From Antedon mediterranea (Eukaryota; Animalia; Echinodermata), in contig NC_092677.1 in assembly GCF_964355755.1 (NCBI RefSeq), positions 20,668,101 to 20,732,100 on the forward strand: 64,000 nt of DNA, written 5' to 3'. How positions within the stretch are numbered: position 1 is the first letter of the stretch; every line of letters begins with the position of its first letter. The notes below the pieces were generated by a model. It ran no database searches, was not told the DNA's origin, and saw only the letters and a program-made list of their open reading frames with translations. Both the position numbers and the translations under genes were made by a program. Shown in pieces: positions 23,854-40,200 of this stretch.

Positions 23854-26800
23854 CAAAGAGCTTCAAATCGCATTTGGAGACGTTTTAGACCCTTTTGTGC
23901 ATTTCGATGAAACTTGGTTACACAAAAACATCAAAGTGCTTAAAATCACATTAGAAACCGTTTTAGACCATTTTGAGCATTTCGTTAAAACTTTTCACAC
24001 AAAAACATCAAAGTCCACAAAATAGCTTAATATCGTATTTAAAAACGTTTTAGACCATTTTGAGCATTTCGAAAAAACTTTTTCACACAAAACATCAAAG
24101 TTTACAAAATAGCTTCAAATCGCATTTGGAGACGTTTTAGACCATTTTGTGATTTTCGAAAAAACTTGTTAACATAAAAACACCAAAGTGCTCAGAATAC
24201 CTTCAAATCGCATTTTGAGACGTTTTAGACCATTTTGTGATTTTCGAAAAAACAACATAAAAACACCAAAGTGCTCAGAATACCTTCAAATCGCATTTGG
24301 AGACGTTTTAGACCATTTTGTGATTTTCGAAAAAACTTGTTAACATAAAAACACCAAAGTGCTCAGAATACCTTCAAATCGTATTTTGAGACGTTTTAGA
24401 CAATTTTGTGATTTTCGAAAAAACTTGTTAACATAAAAACACCAAAGTGCTTAGAAAAGCTTCAAATCGCATTTGGAGACGTTTTAGACCATTTTGTGCA
24501 TTTCGATGAAACTTGGTTACACAAAAACATCAAAGTGTACAGAATAGCTTCAAATCGCATTAGAAACCGTTTTAGACCATTTTGAGCATTTCGAAAAAAC
24601 TTTTTCACACCAAACATCAAAGTGTACAAAATAGCTTCAAATCGCATTTGGAGACGTTTTAGACAATTTTGTGATTTTCGAAAAAACTTGTTTACATAAA
24701 AACACGAAAGTGCTAAGAATAGCTTCCAATCGCATTTGGAGACGTTTTAGACCCTTTTGTGCATTTCGATGAAACTTGGTTACACAAAAACATCAAAGTG
24801 CTTAAAATCACATTAGAAACCGTTTTAGACCATTTTGAGCATTTCGTTAAAATTTTTCACAGAAAAACATCAAAGAGCAAAAAATAGCTTAATATCGTAT
24901 TTAAAAACGTTTTAGACCATTTTGAGCATTTCGACAAAACTTTTTCACACAAAATATCAAAGTGTACAGAATAGCTTCAAATCGCATTTTGAGACGTTTT
25001 AACCCATTTTGAGCATTTCGATAAAATTTTACACACAAAAACATCAAAGTGCACAAAATAGCTTAATATGGTATTTAAAAACGTTTTAGACCATTTTGAG
25101 CAATTCAACAAAACTTTTTCTCACAAAACATCAAAGTGTACAGAATAGCTTCAAATCGCATTTGGAGACGTTTTAGACCATTTTCTGCATTTCGATGAAA
25201 CTTGGTTACACAAAAACATCAAAGTGCTTAAAATCACATTTTGAGCATTTCGTTAAAACTTTTCACACAAAAACATCAAAGTCCACAAAATAGCTTAATA
25301 TCGTATTTAAAAACGTTTTAGACCATTTTGAGCATTTCGAAAAAACTTTTCCACACCAAACATCAAAGTTTACAAAATAGCTTCAAATCGCATTTGGAGA
25401 CGTTTTAGACCATTTTGTGATTTTCGAAAAAACTTGTTAACATAAAAACACCAAAGTGCTCATAATACCTTCAAATCGCATTTGGAGACGTTTTAGACCC
25501 TTTTGTGCATTTCGATGAAACTTGGTTACACAAAAACATCAAAGTGCTTAAAATCACATTAGAAACCGTTTTAGACCATTTTGAGCATTTCGTTAAAATT
25601 TGTCACAGAAAAACATCAAAGAGCAAAAAATATCTTAATATCGTATTTAAAAACGTTTTAGACCATTTTGAGCATTTCGACAAAACTTTTTCACACAAAA
25701 CATCAAAGTGTACAAAATAGCTTCAAATCGCATTTGGAGACGTTTTAACCCATTTTGAGCATTTCGATAAAATTTTACACACAAAAACATCAAAGTGCAC
25801 AAAATAGCTTAATATGGTATTTAAAAACGTTTTAGACCATTTTGAGCATTTCAACAAAACTTTTTCTCACAAAACATCAAAGTGTACAGAATAGCTTCAA
25901 ATCGCATTTGGAGACGTTTTAGACTTTTTTGTGCATTTCGATGAAACTTGGTTACACAAAAACATCAAAGTGCTTAAAATCACATTTTGAGCATTTCGTT
26001 AAAACTTTTCACACAAAAACATCAAAGTTCACAAAATAGCTTAATATCGTATTTAAAAACGTTTTAGACCATTTTGAGCATTTCGAAAAAACTTTTCCAC
26101 ACAAAACATCAAAGTTTACAAAATAGCTTCAAATCGCATTTGGAGACGTTTTAGACCATTTTGTGATTTTCGAAAAAACTTGATAACATAAAAACACCAA
26201 AGTGCTCAGAATACCTTCAAATCGTGTTTTGAGACGTTTTAGACCATTTTGTAATTTTCGAAAAAACTTGTTAACATAAAAACACCAAAGTGCTCAGAAT
26301 ACCTTCACATCGCATTTTGAGACGTTTTAGACCATTTTGTGATTTTCGAAAAAACTTGTTAACATAAAAACACCAAAGTGCTTAGAAAAGCTTGAAATCG
26401 CATTTGGAGACGTTTTAGACCATTTTGTTCATTTCGATGAAACAAAAACACAAAAACATCAAATTGCACAAAATGGCTTAATATGATATGGGAAAACGTT
26501 TTAGACCATTTTGAACATTTCGTTAAAAGTTTTCACACAAAAACATCAAAGTCCACAAAATAGCTTAATATCGTATTTAAAAACGTTTTAGACCATTTTG
26601 AGAATTTCGAAAAAACTTTTTCACACAAAACATCAAAGTTTACAAAATAGCTTCAAATCGCATTTGGAGACGTTATAGACCATTTTGTGATTTTCGAAAA
26701 AACTTGTTAACATAAAAACACCAAAGTGCTCAGAATACCTTCAAATCGCATTTTGAGACGTTTTAGACCATTTTGTGATTTTCGAAACAACTTGTTAACA

Positions 26801-29800
26801 TAAAAACACCAAAGTGCTCAGAATCGTGTTTTGAGACGTTTTAGACCATTTTGTGATTTTCGAAAAAACTTGTTAACATAAAAACACCAAAGTGCTCAGA
26901 ATACCTTCAAATCGCATTTTGAGACGTTTTAGACCATTTTGTGATTTTCGAAAAAACTTGTTAACATAAAAACACCAAAGTGCTCAGAATACCTTCAAAT
27001 CGTGTTTTGAGACGTTTTAGACCATTTTGTGATTTTCGAAAAAACTTGTTAACATAAAAACACCAAAGTGCTCAGAATACCTTCAAATCGCATTTTGAGA
27101 CGTTTTAGACCATTTTGTGATTTTCGAAAAAACTTGTTAACATAAAAACACCAAAGTGCTCAGAATACCTTCAAATCGTGTTTTGAGACGTTTTAGACCA
27201 TTTTGTGATTTTCGAAAAAACTTGTTAACATAAAAACACCAAAGTGCTTAGAAAAGCTTCAAATCGCATTTGGAGACGTTTTAGACCATTTTGTTCATTT
27301 CGATGAAACTTGGTTACACAAAAACATCAAAGAGCACAAAAGATCTTAATATCGTATTTAAAAACGTTTTAGACCATTTTGAGCATTTCGAAAAAACTTT
27401 TTCACACAAAACATCAAAGTGTACAAAATAGCTTCAAATCGCATTTTGAGACGTTTTAGACAATTTTGTGATTTTCGAAAAAACTTGTTTACATAAAAAC
27501 ACCAAAGTGCTTAGAAAAGCTTCAAATCGCATTTGGAGACGTTTTAAACCATTTTGTTCATTTCGATGAAACTTGGTTACACAAAAACATCAAAGAGCAC
27601 AAAAGTATTTAAAAACGTTTTAGACCATTTTGAGCATTCCGTCAAAACTTTTTCACACAAAACATCAAAGTGTACAGAATAGCTTTAAATCGCATTTGGA
27701 GACGTTTTAGACCATTTTGTAGTTTTCGAAAAAACTTGTTAACATAAAAACACAAAAGAGCTTCAAATCGCATTTGGAGACGTTTTAGACCCTTTTGTGC
27801 ATTTCGATGAAACTTGGTTACACAAAAACATCAAAGTGCTTAAAATCACATTAGAAACCGTTTTAGACCATTTTGAGCATTTCGTTAAAACTTTTCACAC
27901 AAAAACATCAAAGTCCACAAAATAGCTTAATATGGTATTTAAAAACGTTTTAGAACATTTTGAGCATTTCAACAAAACTTTTTCTCACAAAACATCAAAG
28001 TGTACAGAATAGCTTCAAATCGCATTTGGAGACGTTTTAGACCATTTTGTGCATTTCGATGAAACTTGGTTACACAAAAACATCAAAGTGCTTAAAATCA
28101 CATTTTGAGCATTTCGTTAAAACTTTACACACAAAAACATCAAAGAGTAAAAAATAGCTTAATATCGTATTTAAAAACGTTTTAGACCATTTTGAGCATT
28201 TCGACAAAATTTTTTCACACAAAACATCAAAGTGTACAGAATAGCTTTAAATCGCATTTGGAGACGTTTTAGACCATTTTGTTAATTTCGATGAAACAAA
28301 AACACAAAAACATCAAATTGCACAAAATGGCTTAATATGATATGGGAAAACGTTTTAGACCATTTTGAACATTTCGTTAAAAGTTTTCACACAAAAACAT
28401 CAAAGTCCACAAAATAGCTTAATATCGTATTTAAAAACGTTTTAGACCATTTTGAGCATTTCGAAAAAACTTTTTCACACAAAACATCAAAGTTTACAAA
28501 ATAGCTTCAAATCGCATTTGGAGACGTTTTAGACCATTTTGTGATTTTCGAAAAAACTTGTTAACATAAAAACACCAAAGTGCTCAGAATACCTTCAAAT
28601 CGCATTTGGAGACGTTTTAGACCATTTTGTGATTTTCGAAAAAACTTGTTAACATAAAAACACCAAAGTGCTCAGAATACCTTCAAATCGTGTTTTGAGA
28701 CGTTTTAGACCATTTTGTGATTTTCGAAAAAACTTGTTAACATAAAAACACCAAAGTGCTCAGAATACCTTCAAATCGCATTTGGAGACGTTTTAGACCA
28801 TTTTGTGATTTTCGTCAAAACTTGTTAACATAAAAACACCAAAGTGCTTAGAAAAGTTTCAAATCGCATTTGGAGACGTTTTAGACCATTTTGTTCATTT
28901 CGATGAAACTTGGTTACACAAAAACATCAAATTGCACAAAATGGCTTAATATGGTATGGGAAAACGTTTTAGACCATTTTGAACATTTCGAGAAAACTTT
29001 TTCACACAAAACTTCAAAGTGTACAGAATAGCTTCAAATCGCATTAGAAACCGTTTTAGACCATTTTGAGCATTTCGAAAAAACTTTTTCACACAAAACA
29101 TCAAAGTTTACAAAATAGCTTCAAATCACATTTGGAGACGTTTTAGACCATTTTGTGATTTTCAAAAAAACTTGTTAACATAAAAACACCCAAGTGCTCA
29201 GAATACCTTCAAATCGCATTTTGAGACGTTTTAGACCATTTTGTGATTTTCGGAAAAACTTGTTAACATAAAAACACCAAAGTGCTTAGAAAAGCTTCAA
29301 ATCGCATTTGGAGACGTTTTAGACCATTTTGTAATTTTCGAAAAAACTTGTTAACATAAAAACACCAAAGTGCTCAGAATACCTTCACATCGCATTTTGA
29401 GACGTTTTAGAGCATTTTGTGATTTTCGAAAAAACTTGTTAACATAAAAACACCAAAGTGCTTAGAAAAGCTTGAAATCGCATTTGGAGACGTTTTAGAC
29501 CATTTTGTGCATTTCGATGAAACTTGGTTACACAAAAACATCAAAGTGCTTAAAATCACATTTTGAGCATTTCGTTAAAACTTTTCACACAAAAACATCA
29601 AAGAGTAAAAAATAGCTTAATATCGTATTTAAAAACGTTTTAGACCATTTTGAGCATTTCGACAAAATTTTTTCACACAAAACATCAAAGTGTACAGAAT
29701 AGCTTTAAATCGCATTTGGAGACGTTTTAGACCATTTTGTTCATTTCGATGAAACAAAAACACAAAAACATCAAATTGCACAAAATGGCTTAATATGATA

Positions 29801-31269
29801 TGGGAAAACGTTTTAGACCATTTTGAACATATCGTTAAAAGTTTTCACACAAAAACATCAAAGTCCACAAAATAGCTTAATATCGTATTTAAAAACGTTT
29901 TAGACCATTTTGAGCATTTCGAAAAATTTTTTCACACAAAACATCAAAGTTTACAAAATAGCTTCAAATCGCATTTGAAGACGTTTTAGACCATTTTGTG
30001 ATTTTCGAAAAAACTTGTTAACATAAAAACACCAAAGTACTCAGAATACCTTCAAATCGCATTTTGAGACGTTTTAGACCATTTTGTGATTTTCGAAAAA
30101 ACAACATAAAAACACCAAAGTGCTCAGAATACCTTCAAATCGCATTTGGAGACGTTTTAGACCATTTTGTGATTTTCGAAAAAACTTGTTAACATAAAAA
30201 CACCAAAGTGCTCAGAATACCTTCAAATCGTATTTTGAGACGTTTTAGACAATTTTGTGATTTTCGAAAAAACTTGTTAACATAAAAACACCAAAGTGCT
30301 TAGAAAAGCTTCAAATCGCATTTGGAGACGTTTTAGACCATTTTGTGCATTTCGATGAAACTTGGTTACACAAAAACATCAAAGTGTACAGAATAGCTTC
30401 AAATCGCATTAGAAACCGTTTTAGACCATTTTAAGCATTTCGAAAAAACTTTTTCACACAAAACATCAAAGTGTACAAAATAGCTTCAAATCGCATTTGG
30501 AGACGTTTTAGACAATTTTGTGATTTTCGAAAAAACTTGTTTACATAAAAACACCAAAGTGCTTAGAAAAGCTTCAAATCGCATTTGGAGACGTTTTAAA
30601 CCATTTTGTTCATTTCGATGAAACTTGGTTACACAAAAACATCAAAGAGCACAAAAGTATTTAAAAACGTTTTAGACCATTTTGAGCATTCCGACAAAAC
30701 TTTTTCACACAAAACATCAAAGTGTACAGAATAGCTTTAAATCGCATTTGGAGACGTTTTAGACCATTTTGTAGTTTTCGAAAAAACTTGTTAACATAAA
30801 AACACAAAAGAGCTTCAAATCGCATTTGGAGACGTTTTAGACCCTTTTGTGCATTTCGATGAAACTTGGTTACACAAAAACATCAAAGTGCTTAAAATCA
30901 CATTAGAAACCGTTTTAGACCATTTTGAGCATTTCGTTAAAACTTTTCACACAAAAACATCAAAGTCCACAAAATAGCTTAATATCGTATTTAAAAACGT
31001 TTTAGACCATTTTGAGCATTTCGAAAAAACTTTTCCACACAAAACATCAAAGTTTACAAAATAGCTTCAAATCGCATTTGGAGACGTTTTAGACCATTTT
31101 GTGATTTTCGAAAAAACTTGTTAACATAAAAACACCAAAGTGCTCAGAATACCTTCAAATCGTATTTTGAGACGTTTTAGACAATTTTGTGATTTTCGAA
31201 AAAACTTGTTAACATAAAAACACCAAAGTGCTTAGAAAAGCTTCAAATCGCATTTGGAGACGTTTTAGA

Positions 31270-34200
31270 CCATTTTGTGCATTTCGATGAAACTTGGTTA
31301 CACAAAAACATCAAAGTGCTTAAAATCACATTTTGAGCATTTCGTTAAAACTTTTCACACAAAAACATCAAAGAGCAAAAAATAGCTTAATATCGTATTT
31401 AAAAACGTTTTAGACCATTTTGAGCATTTCGACAAAACTTTTTCACACAAAACATCAAAGTGTACAAAATAGCTTCAAATCGCATTTGGAGACGTTTTAG
31501 ACAATTTTGTGATTTTCGAAAAAACTTGTTTACATAAAAACACCAAAGTGCTAAGAATAGCTTCCAATCGCATTTGGAGACGTTTTAGACCCTTTTGTGC
31601 ATTTCGATGAAACTTGGTTACACAAAAATATCAAAGTGCTTAAAATCACATTAGAAACCGTTTTAGAACATTTTGAGCATTTCGTTAAAATTTTTCACAG
31701 AAAAACATCAAAGAGCAAAAAATAGCTTAATATCGTATTTAAAAACGTTTTAGACCATTTTGAGCATTTCGACAAAACTTTTTCACACAAAACAACAAAG
31801 TGTACAGAATAGCTTAATATCGCATTTGGAGACGTTTTAACCCATTTTGAGCATTTCGATAAAATTTTACACACAAAAACATCAAAGTGCACAAAATAGC
31901 TTAATATGGTATTTAAAAACGTTTTAGACCATTTTGAGCATTTCAACAAAACTTTTTCTCACAAAACATCAAAGTGTACAGAATAGCTTCAAATCGCATT
32001 TGGAGACGTTTTAGACCATTTTGTGCATTTCGATGAAACTTGGTTACACAAAAACATCAAAGTGCTTAAAATCACATTTTGAGCATTTCGTTAAAACTTT
32101 TCACACAAAAACATCAAAGTCCACAAAATAGCTTAATATCGTATTTAAAAACGTTTTAGACCATTTTGAGCATTTCGAAAAAACTTTTCCACACAAAACA
32201 TCAAAGTTTACAAAATAGCTTCAAATCGCATTTGGAGACGTTTTAGACCATTTTGTGATTTTCGAAAAAATTTGTTAACATAAAAACACCAAAGTGCTCA
32301 GAATACCTTCAAATCGCATTTGGAGACGTTTTAGACCCTTTTGTGCATTTCGATGAAACTTGGTTACACAAAAACATCAAAGTGCTTAAAATCACATTAG
32401 AAACCGTTTTAGACCATTTTGAGCATTTCGTTAAAATTTTTCACAGAAAAACATCAAAGAGCAAAAAATAGCTTAATATCGTATTTAAAAACGTTTTAGA
32501 CCATTTTGAGCATTTCGACAAAACTTTTTCACACAAAACATCAAAGTGTACAGAATAGCTTCAAATCGCATTTGGAGACGTTTTAACCCATTTTGAGCAT
32601 TTCGATAAAATTTTACACACAAAAACATCAAAGTGCACAAAATAGCTTAATATGGTCTTTAAAAACGTTTTAGACCATTTTGAGCATTTCAACAAAACTT
32701 TTTCTCGCAAAACATCAAAGTGTACAGAATAGCTTCAAATCGCATTTGGAGACGTTTTAGACCATTTTGTGCATTTCGATGAAACTTGGTTACACAAAAA
32801 CATCAAAGTGCTTAAAATCACATTTTGAGCATTTCGTTAAAACTTTTCACACAAAAACATCAAAGTCCACAAAATAGCTTAATATCGTATTTAAAAACGT
32901 TTTAGACCATTTTGAGCATTTCGAAAAATTTTTTCACACAAAACATCAAAGTTTACAAAATAGCTTCAAATCGCATTTGGAGACGTTTTAGACCATTTTG
33001 TGATTTTCGAAAAAACTTGTTAACATAAAAACACCAAAGTACTCAGAATACCTTCAAATCGCATTTTGAGACGTTTTAGACCATTTTGTGATTTTCGAAA
33101 AAACTTGTTAACATAAAAACACCAAAGTGCTCAGAATACCTTCAAATCGTGTTTTGAGACGTTTTAGACCATTTTGTAATTTTCGAAAAAACTTGTTAAC
33201 ATAAAAACACCAAAGTGCTCAGAATACCTTCACATCGCATTTTGAGACGTTTTAGACCATTTTGTGATTTTCGAAAAAACTTGTTAACATAAAAACACCA
33301 AAGTGCTTAGAAAAGCTTGAAATCGCATTTGGAGACGTTTTAGACCATTTTGTGCATTTCGATGAAACTTGGTTACACAAAAACATCAAAGTGCTTAAAA
33401 TCACATTTTGAGCATTTCGTTAAAACTTTTCACACAAAAACATCAAAGAGTAATAAATAGCTTAATATCGTATTTAAAAACGTTTTAGACCATTTTGAGC
33501 ATTTCGACAAAATTTTTTCTCACAAAACATCAAAGTGCTTAAAATCACATTAGAAACCGTTTTAGAACATTTTGAGCATTTCGTTAAAATTTTTCACAGA
33601 AAAACATCAAAGAGCAAAAAATAGCTTAATATCGTATTTAAAAACGTTTTAGACCATTTTGAGCATTTCGACAAAACTTTTTCACACAAAACAACAAAGT
33701 GTACAGAATAGCTTCAAATCGCATTTGGAGACGTTTTAACCCATTTTGAGCATTTCGATAAAATTTTACACACAAAAACATCAAAGTGCACAAAATAGCT
33801 TAATATGGTATTTAAAAACGTTTTAGACCATTTTGAGCATTTCAACAAAACTTTTTCTCACAAAACATCAAAGTGTACAGAATAGCTTCAAATCGCATTT
33901 GGAGACGTTTTAGACCATTTTGTGCATTTCGATGAAACTTGGTTACACAAAAACATCAAAGTGCTTAAAATCACATTTTGAGCATTTCGTTAAAACTTTT
34001 CACACAAAAACATCAAAGTCCACAAAATAGCTTAATATCGTATTTAAAAACGTTTTAGACCATTTTGAGCATTTCGAAAAAACTTTTCCACACAAAACAT
34101 CAAAGTTTACAAAATAGCTTCAAATCGCATTTGGAGACGTTTTAGACCATTTTGTGATTTTCGAAAAAATTTGTTAACATAAAAACACCAAAGTGCTCAG

Positions 34201-37200
34201 AATACCTTCAAATCGCATTTGGAGACGTTTTAGACCCTTTTGTGCATTTCGATGAAACTTGGTTACACAAAAACATCAAAGTGCTTAAAATCACATTAGA
34301 AACCGTTTTAGACCATTTTGAGCATTTCGTTAAAATTTTTCACAGAAAAACATCAAAGAGCAAAAAATAGCTTAATATCGTATTTAAAAACGTTTTAGAC
34401 CATTTTGAGCATTTCGACAAAACTTTTTCACACAAAACATCAAAGTGTACAGAATAGCTTCAAATCGCATTTGGAGACGTTTTAACCCATTTTGAGCATT
34501 TCGATAAAATTTTACACACAAAAACATCAAAGTGCACAAAATAGCTTAATATGGTATTTAAAAACGTTTTAGACCATTTTGAGCATTTCAACAAAACTTT
34601 TTCTCGCAAAACATCAAAGTGTACAGAATAGCTTCAAATCGCATTTGGAGACGTTTTAGACCATTTTGTGCATTTCGATGAAACTTGGTTACACAAAAAC
34701 ATCAAAGTGTTTAAAATCACATTTTGAGCATTTCGTTAAAACTTTTCACACAAAAACATCAAAGTCCACAAAATAGCTTAATATCGTATTTAAAAACGTT
34801 TTAGACCATTTTGAGCATTTCGAAAAATTTTTTCACACAAAACATCAAAGTTTACAAAATAGCTTCAAATCGCATTTGGAGACGTTTTAGACCATTTTGT
34901 GATTTTCGAAAAAACTTGTTAACATAAAAACACCAAAGTACTCAGAATACCTTCAAATCGCATTTTGAGACGTTTTAGACCATTTTGTGATTTTCGAAAA
35001 AACTTGTTAACATAAAAACACCAAAGTGCTCAGAATACCTTCAAATCGTGTTTTGAGACGTTTTAGACCATTTTGTAATTTTCGAAAAAACTTGTTAACA
35101 TAAAAACACCAAAGTGCTCAGAATACCTTCACATCGCATTTTGAGACGTTTTAGACCATTTTGTGATTTTCGAAAAAACTTGTTAACATAAAAACACCAA
35201 AGTGCTTAGAAAAGCTTGAAATCGCATTTGGAGACGTTTTAGACCATTTTGTGCATTTCGATGAAACTTGGTTACACAAAAACATCAAAGTGCTTAAAAT
35301 CACATTTTGAGCATTTCGTTAAAACTTTTCACACAAAAACATCAAAGAGTAATAAATAGCTTAATATCGTATTTAAAAACGTTTTAGACCATTTTGAGCA
35401 TTTCGACAAAATTTTTTCTCACAAAACATCAAAGTGCTTAAAATCACATTAGAAACCGTTTTAGAACATTTTGAGCATTTCGTTAAAATTTTTCACAGAA
35501 AAACATCAAAGAGCAAAAAATAGCTTAATATCGTATTTAAAAACGTTTTAGACCATTTTGAGCATTTCGACAAAACTTTTTCACACAAAACAACAAAGTG
35601 TACAGAATAGCTTCAAATCGCATTTGGAGACGTTTTAACCCATTTTGAGCATTTCGATAAAATTTTACACACAAAAACATCAAAGTGCACAAAATAGCTT
35701 AATATGGTATTTAAAAACGTTTTAGACCATTTTGAGCATTTCAACAAAACTTTTTCTCACAAAACATCAAAGTGTACAGAATAGCTTCAAATCGCATTTG
35801 GAGACGTTTTAGACCATTTTGTGCATTTCGATGAAACTTGGTTACACAAAAACATCAAAGTGCTTAAAATCACATTTTGAGCATTTCGTTAAAACTTTTC
35901 ACACAAAAACATCAAAGTCCACAAAATAGCTTAATATCGTATTTAAAAACGTTTTAGACCATTTTGAGCATTTCGAAAAAACTTTTCCACACAAAACATC
36001 AAAGTTTACAAAATAGCTTCAAATCGCATTTGGAGACGTTTTAGACCATTTTGTGATTTTCGAAAAAATTTGTTAACATAAAAACACCAAAGTGCTCAGA
36101 ATACCTTCAAATCGCATTTGGAGACGTTTTAGACCCTTTTGTGCATTTCGATGAAACTTGGTTACACAAAAACATCAAAGTGCTTAAAATCACATTAGAA
36201 ACCGTTTTAGACCATTTTGAGCATTTCGTTAAAATTTTTCACAGAAAAACATCAAAGAGCAAAAAATAGCTTAATATCGTATTTAAAAACGTTTTAGACC
36301 ATTTTGAGCATTTCGACAAAACTTTTTCACACAAAACATCAAAGTGTACAGAATAGCTTCAAATCGCATTTGGAGACGTTTTAACCCATTTTGAGCATTT
36401 CGATAAAATTTTACACACAAAAACATCAAAGTGCACAAAATAGCTTAATATGGTATTTAAAAACGTTTTAGACCATTTTGAGCATTTCAACAAAACTTTT
36501 TCTCGCAAAACATCAAAGTGTACAGAATAGCTTCAAATCGCATTTGGAGACGTTTTAGACCATTTTGTGCATTTCGATGAAACTTGGTTACACAAAAACA
36601 TCAAAGTGTTTAAAATCACATTTTGAGCATTTCGTTAAAACTTTTCACACAAAAACATCAAAGTCCACAAAATAGCTTAATATCGTATTTAAAAACGTTT
36701 TAGACCATTTTGAGCATTTCGAAAAATTTTTTCACACAAAACATCAAAGTTTACAAAATAGCTTCAAATCGCATTTGGAGACGTTTTAGACCATTTTGTG
36801 ATTTTCGAAAAAACTTGTTAACATAAAAACACCAAAGTACTCAGAATACCTTCAAATCGCATTTTGAGACGTTTTAGACCATTTTGTGCATTTCGATGAA
36901 ACTTGGTTACACAAAAACATCAAAGTGCTTAAAATCACATTTTGAGCATTTCGTTAAAACTTTTCACACAAAAACATCAAAGAGCAAAAAATAGCTTAAT
37001 ATCGTATTTAAAAACGTTTTAGACCATTTTGAGCATTTCGACAAAACTTTTTCACACAAAACATCAAAGTGTACAAAATAGCTTCAAATCGCATTTGGAG
37101 ACGTTTTAGACAATTTTGTGATTTTCGAAAAAACTTGTTTACATAAAAACACCAAAGTGCTAAGAATAGCTTCCAATCGCATTTGGAGACGTTTTAGACC

Positions 37201-40200
37201 CTTTTGTGCATTTCGATGAAACTTGGTTACACAAAAACATCAAAGTGCTTAAAATCACATTAGAAACCGTTTTAGAACATTTTGAGCATTTCGTTAAAAT
37301 TTTTCACAGAAAAACATCAAAGAGCAAAAAATAGCTTAATATCGTATTTAAAAACGTTTTAGACCATTTTGAGCATTTCGACAAAACTTTTTCACACAAA
37401 ACAACAAAGTGTACAGAATAGCTTAATATCGCATTTGGAGACGTTTTAACCCATTTTGAGCATTTCGATAAAATTTTACACACAAAAACATCAAAGTGCA
37501 CAAAATAGCTTAATATGGTATTTAAAAACGTTTTAGACCATTTTGAGCATTTCAACAAAACTTTTTCTCACAAAACATCAAAGTGTACAGAATAGCTTCA
37601 AATCGCATTTGGAGACGTTTTAGACCATTTTGTGCATTTCGATGAAACTTGGTTACACAAAAACATCAAAGTGCTTAAAATCACATTTTGAGCATTTCGT
37701 TAAAACTTTTCACACAAAAACATCAAAGTCCACAAAATAGCTTAATATCGTATTTAAAAACGTTTTAGACCATTTTGAGCATTTCGAAAAAACTTTTCCA
37801 CACAAAACATCAAAGTTTACAAAATAGCTTCAAATCGCATTTGGAGACGTTTTAGACCATTTTGTGATTTTCGAAAAAATTTGTTAACATAAAAACACCA
37901 AAGTGCTCAGAATACCTTCAAATCGCATTTGGAGACGTTTTAGACCCTTTTGTGCATTTCGATGAAACTTGGTTACACAAAAACATCAAAGTGCTTAAAA
38001 TCACATTAGAAACCGTTTTAGACCATTTTGAGCATTTCGTTAAAATTTTTCACAGAAAAACATCAAAGAGCAAAAAATAGCTTAATATCGTATTTAAAAA
38101 CGTTTTAGACCATTTTGAGCATTACGACAAAACTTTTTCACACAAAACATCAAAGTGTACAGAATAGCTTCAAATCGCATTTGGAGACGTTTTAACCCAT
38201 TTTGAGCATTTCGATAAAATTTTACACACAAAAACATCAAAGTGCACAAAATAGCTTAATATGGTATTTAAAAACGTTTTAGACCATTTTGAGCATTTCA
38301 ACAAAACTTTTTCTCGCAAAACATCAAAGTGTACAGAATAGCTTCAAATCGCATTTGGAGACGTTTTAGACCATTTTGTGCATTTCGATGAAACTTGGTT
38401 ACACAAAAACATCAAAGTGCTTAAAATCACATTTTGAGCATTTCGTTAAAACTTTTCACACAAAAACATCAAAGTCCACAAAATAGCTTAATATCGTATT
38501 TAAAAACGTTTTAGACCATTTTGAGCTTTTCGAAAAATTTTTTCACACAAAACATCAAAGTTTACAAAATAGCTTCAAATCGCATTTGGAGACGTTTTAG
38601 ACCATTTTGTGATTTTCGAAAAAACTTGTTAACATAAAAACACCAAAGTACTCAGAATAACTTCAAATCGCATTTTGAAAAGTTTTAGACCATTTTGTGA
38701 TTTTCGAAAAAACTTGTTAACATAAAAACACCAAAGTGCTCAGAATACCTTCAAATCGTGTTTTGAGACGTTTTAGACCATTTTGTAATTTTCGAAAAAA
38801 CTTGTTAACATAAAAACACCAAAGTGCTCAGAATACCTTCACATCGCATTTTGAGACGTTTTAGACCATTTTGTGATTTTCGAAAAAACTTGTTAACATA
38901 AAAACACCAAAGTGCTTAGAAAAGCTTGAAATCGCATTTGGAGACGTTTTAGACCATTTTGTGCATTTCGATGAAACTTGGTTACACAAAAACATCAAAG
39001 TGCTTAAAATCACATTTTGAGCATTTCGTTAAAACTTTTCACACAAAAACATCAAAGAGTAATAAATAGCTTAATATCGTATTTAAAAACGTTTTAGACC
39101 ATTTTGAGCATTTCGACAAAATTTTTTCTCACAAAACATCAAAGTGCTTAAAATCACATTAGAAACCGTTTTAGAACATTTTGAGCATTTCGTTAAAATT
39201 TTTCACAGAAAAACATCAAAGAGCAAAAAATAGCTTAATATCGTATTTAAAAACGTTTTAGACCATTTTGAGCATTTCGACAAAACTTTTTCACACAAAA
39301 CAACAAAGTGTACAGAATAGCTTCAAATCGCATTTGGAGACGTTTTAACCCATTTTGAGCATTTCGATAAAATTTTACACACAAAAACATCAAAGTGCAC
39401 AAAATAGCTTAATATGGTATTTAAAAACGTTTTAGACCATTTTGAGCATTTCAACAAAACTTTTTCTCACAAAACATCAAAGTGTACAGAATAGCTTCAA
39501 ATCGCATTTGGAGACGTTTTAGACCATTTTGTGCATTTCGATGAAACTTGGTTACACAAAAACATCAAAGTGCTTAAAATCACATTTTGAGCATTTCGTT
39601 AAAACTTTTCACACAAAAACATCAAAGTCCACAAAATAGCTTAATATCGTATTTAAAAACGTTTTAGACCATTTTGAGCATTTCGAAAAAACTTTTCCAC
39701 ACAAAACATCAAAGTTTACAAAATAGCTTCAAATCGCATTTGGAGACGTTTTAGACCATTTTGTGATTTTCGAAAAAATTTGTAAACATAAAAACACCAA
39801 AGTGCTCAGAATACCTTCAAATCGCATTTGGAGACGTTTTAGACCCTTTTGTGCATTTCGATGAAACTTGGTTACACAAAAACATCAAAGTGCTTAAAAT
39901 CACATTAGAAACCGTTTTAGACCATTTTGAGCATTTCGTTAAAATTTTTCACAGAAAAACATCAAATAGCAAAAAATAGCTTAATATCGTATTTAAAAAC
40001 GTTTTAGACCATTTTGAGCATTTCGACAAAACTTTTTCACACAAAACATCAAAGTGTACAGAATAGCTTCAAATCGCATTTGGAGACGTTTTAACCCATT
40101 TTGAGCATTTCGATAAAATTTTACACACAAAAACATCAAAGTGCACAAAATAGCTTAATATGGTATTTAAAAACGTTTTAGACCATTTTGAGCATTTCAA

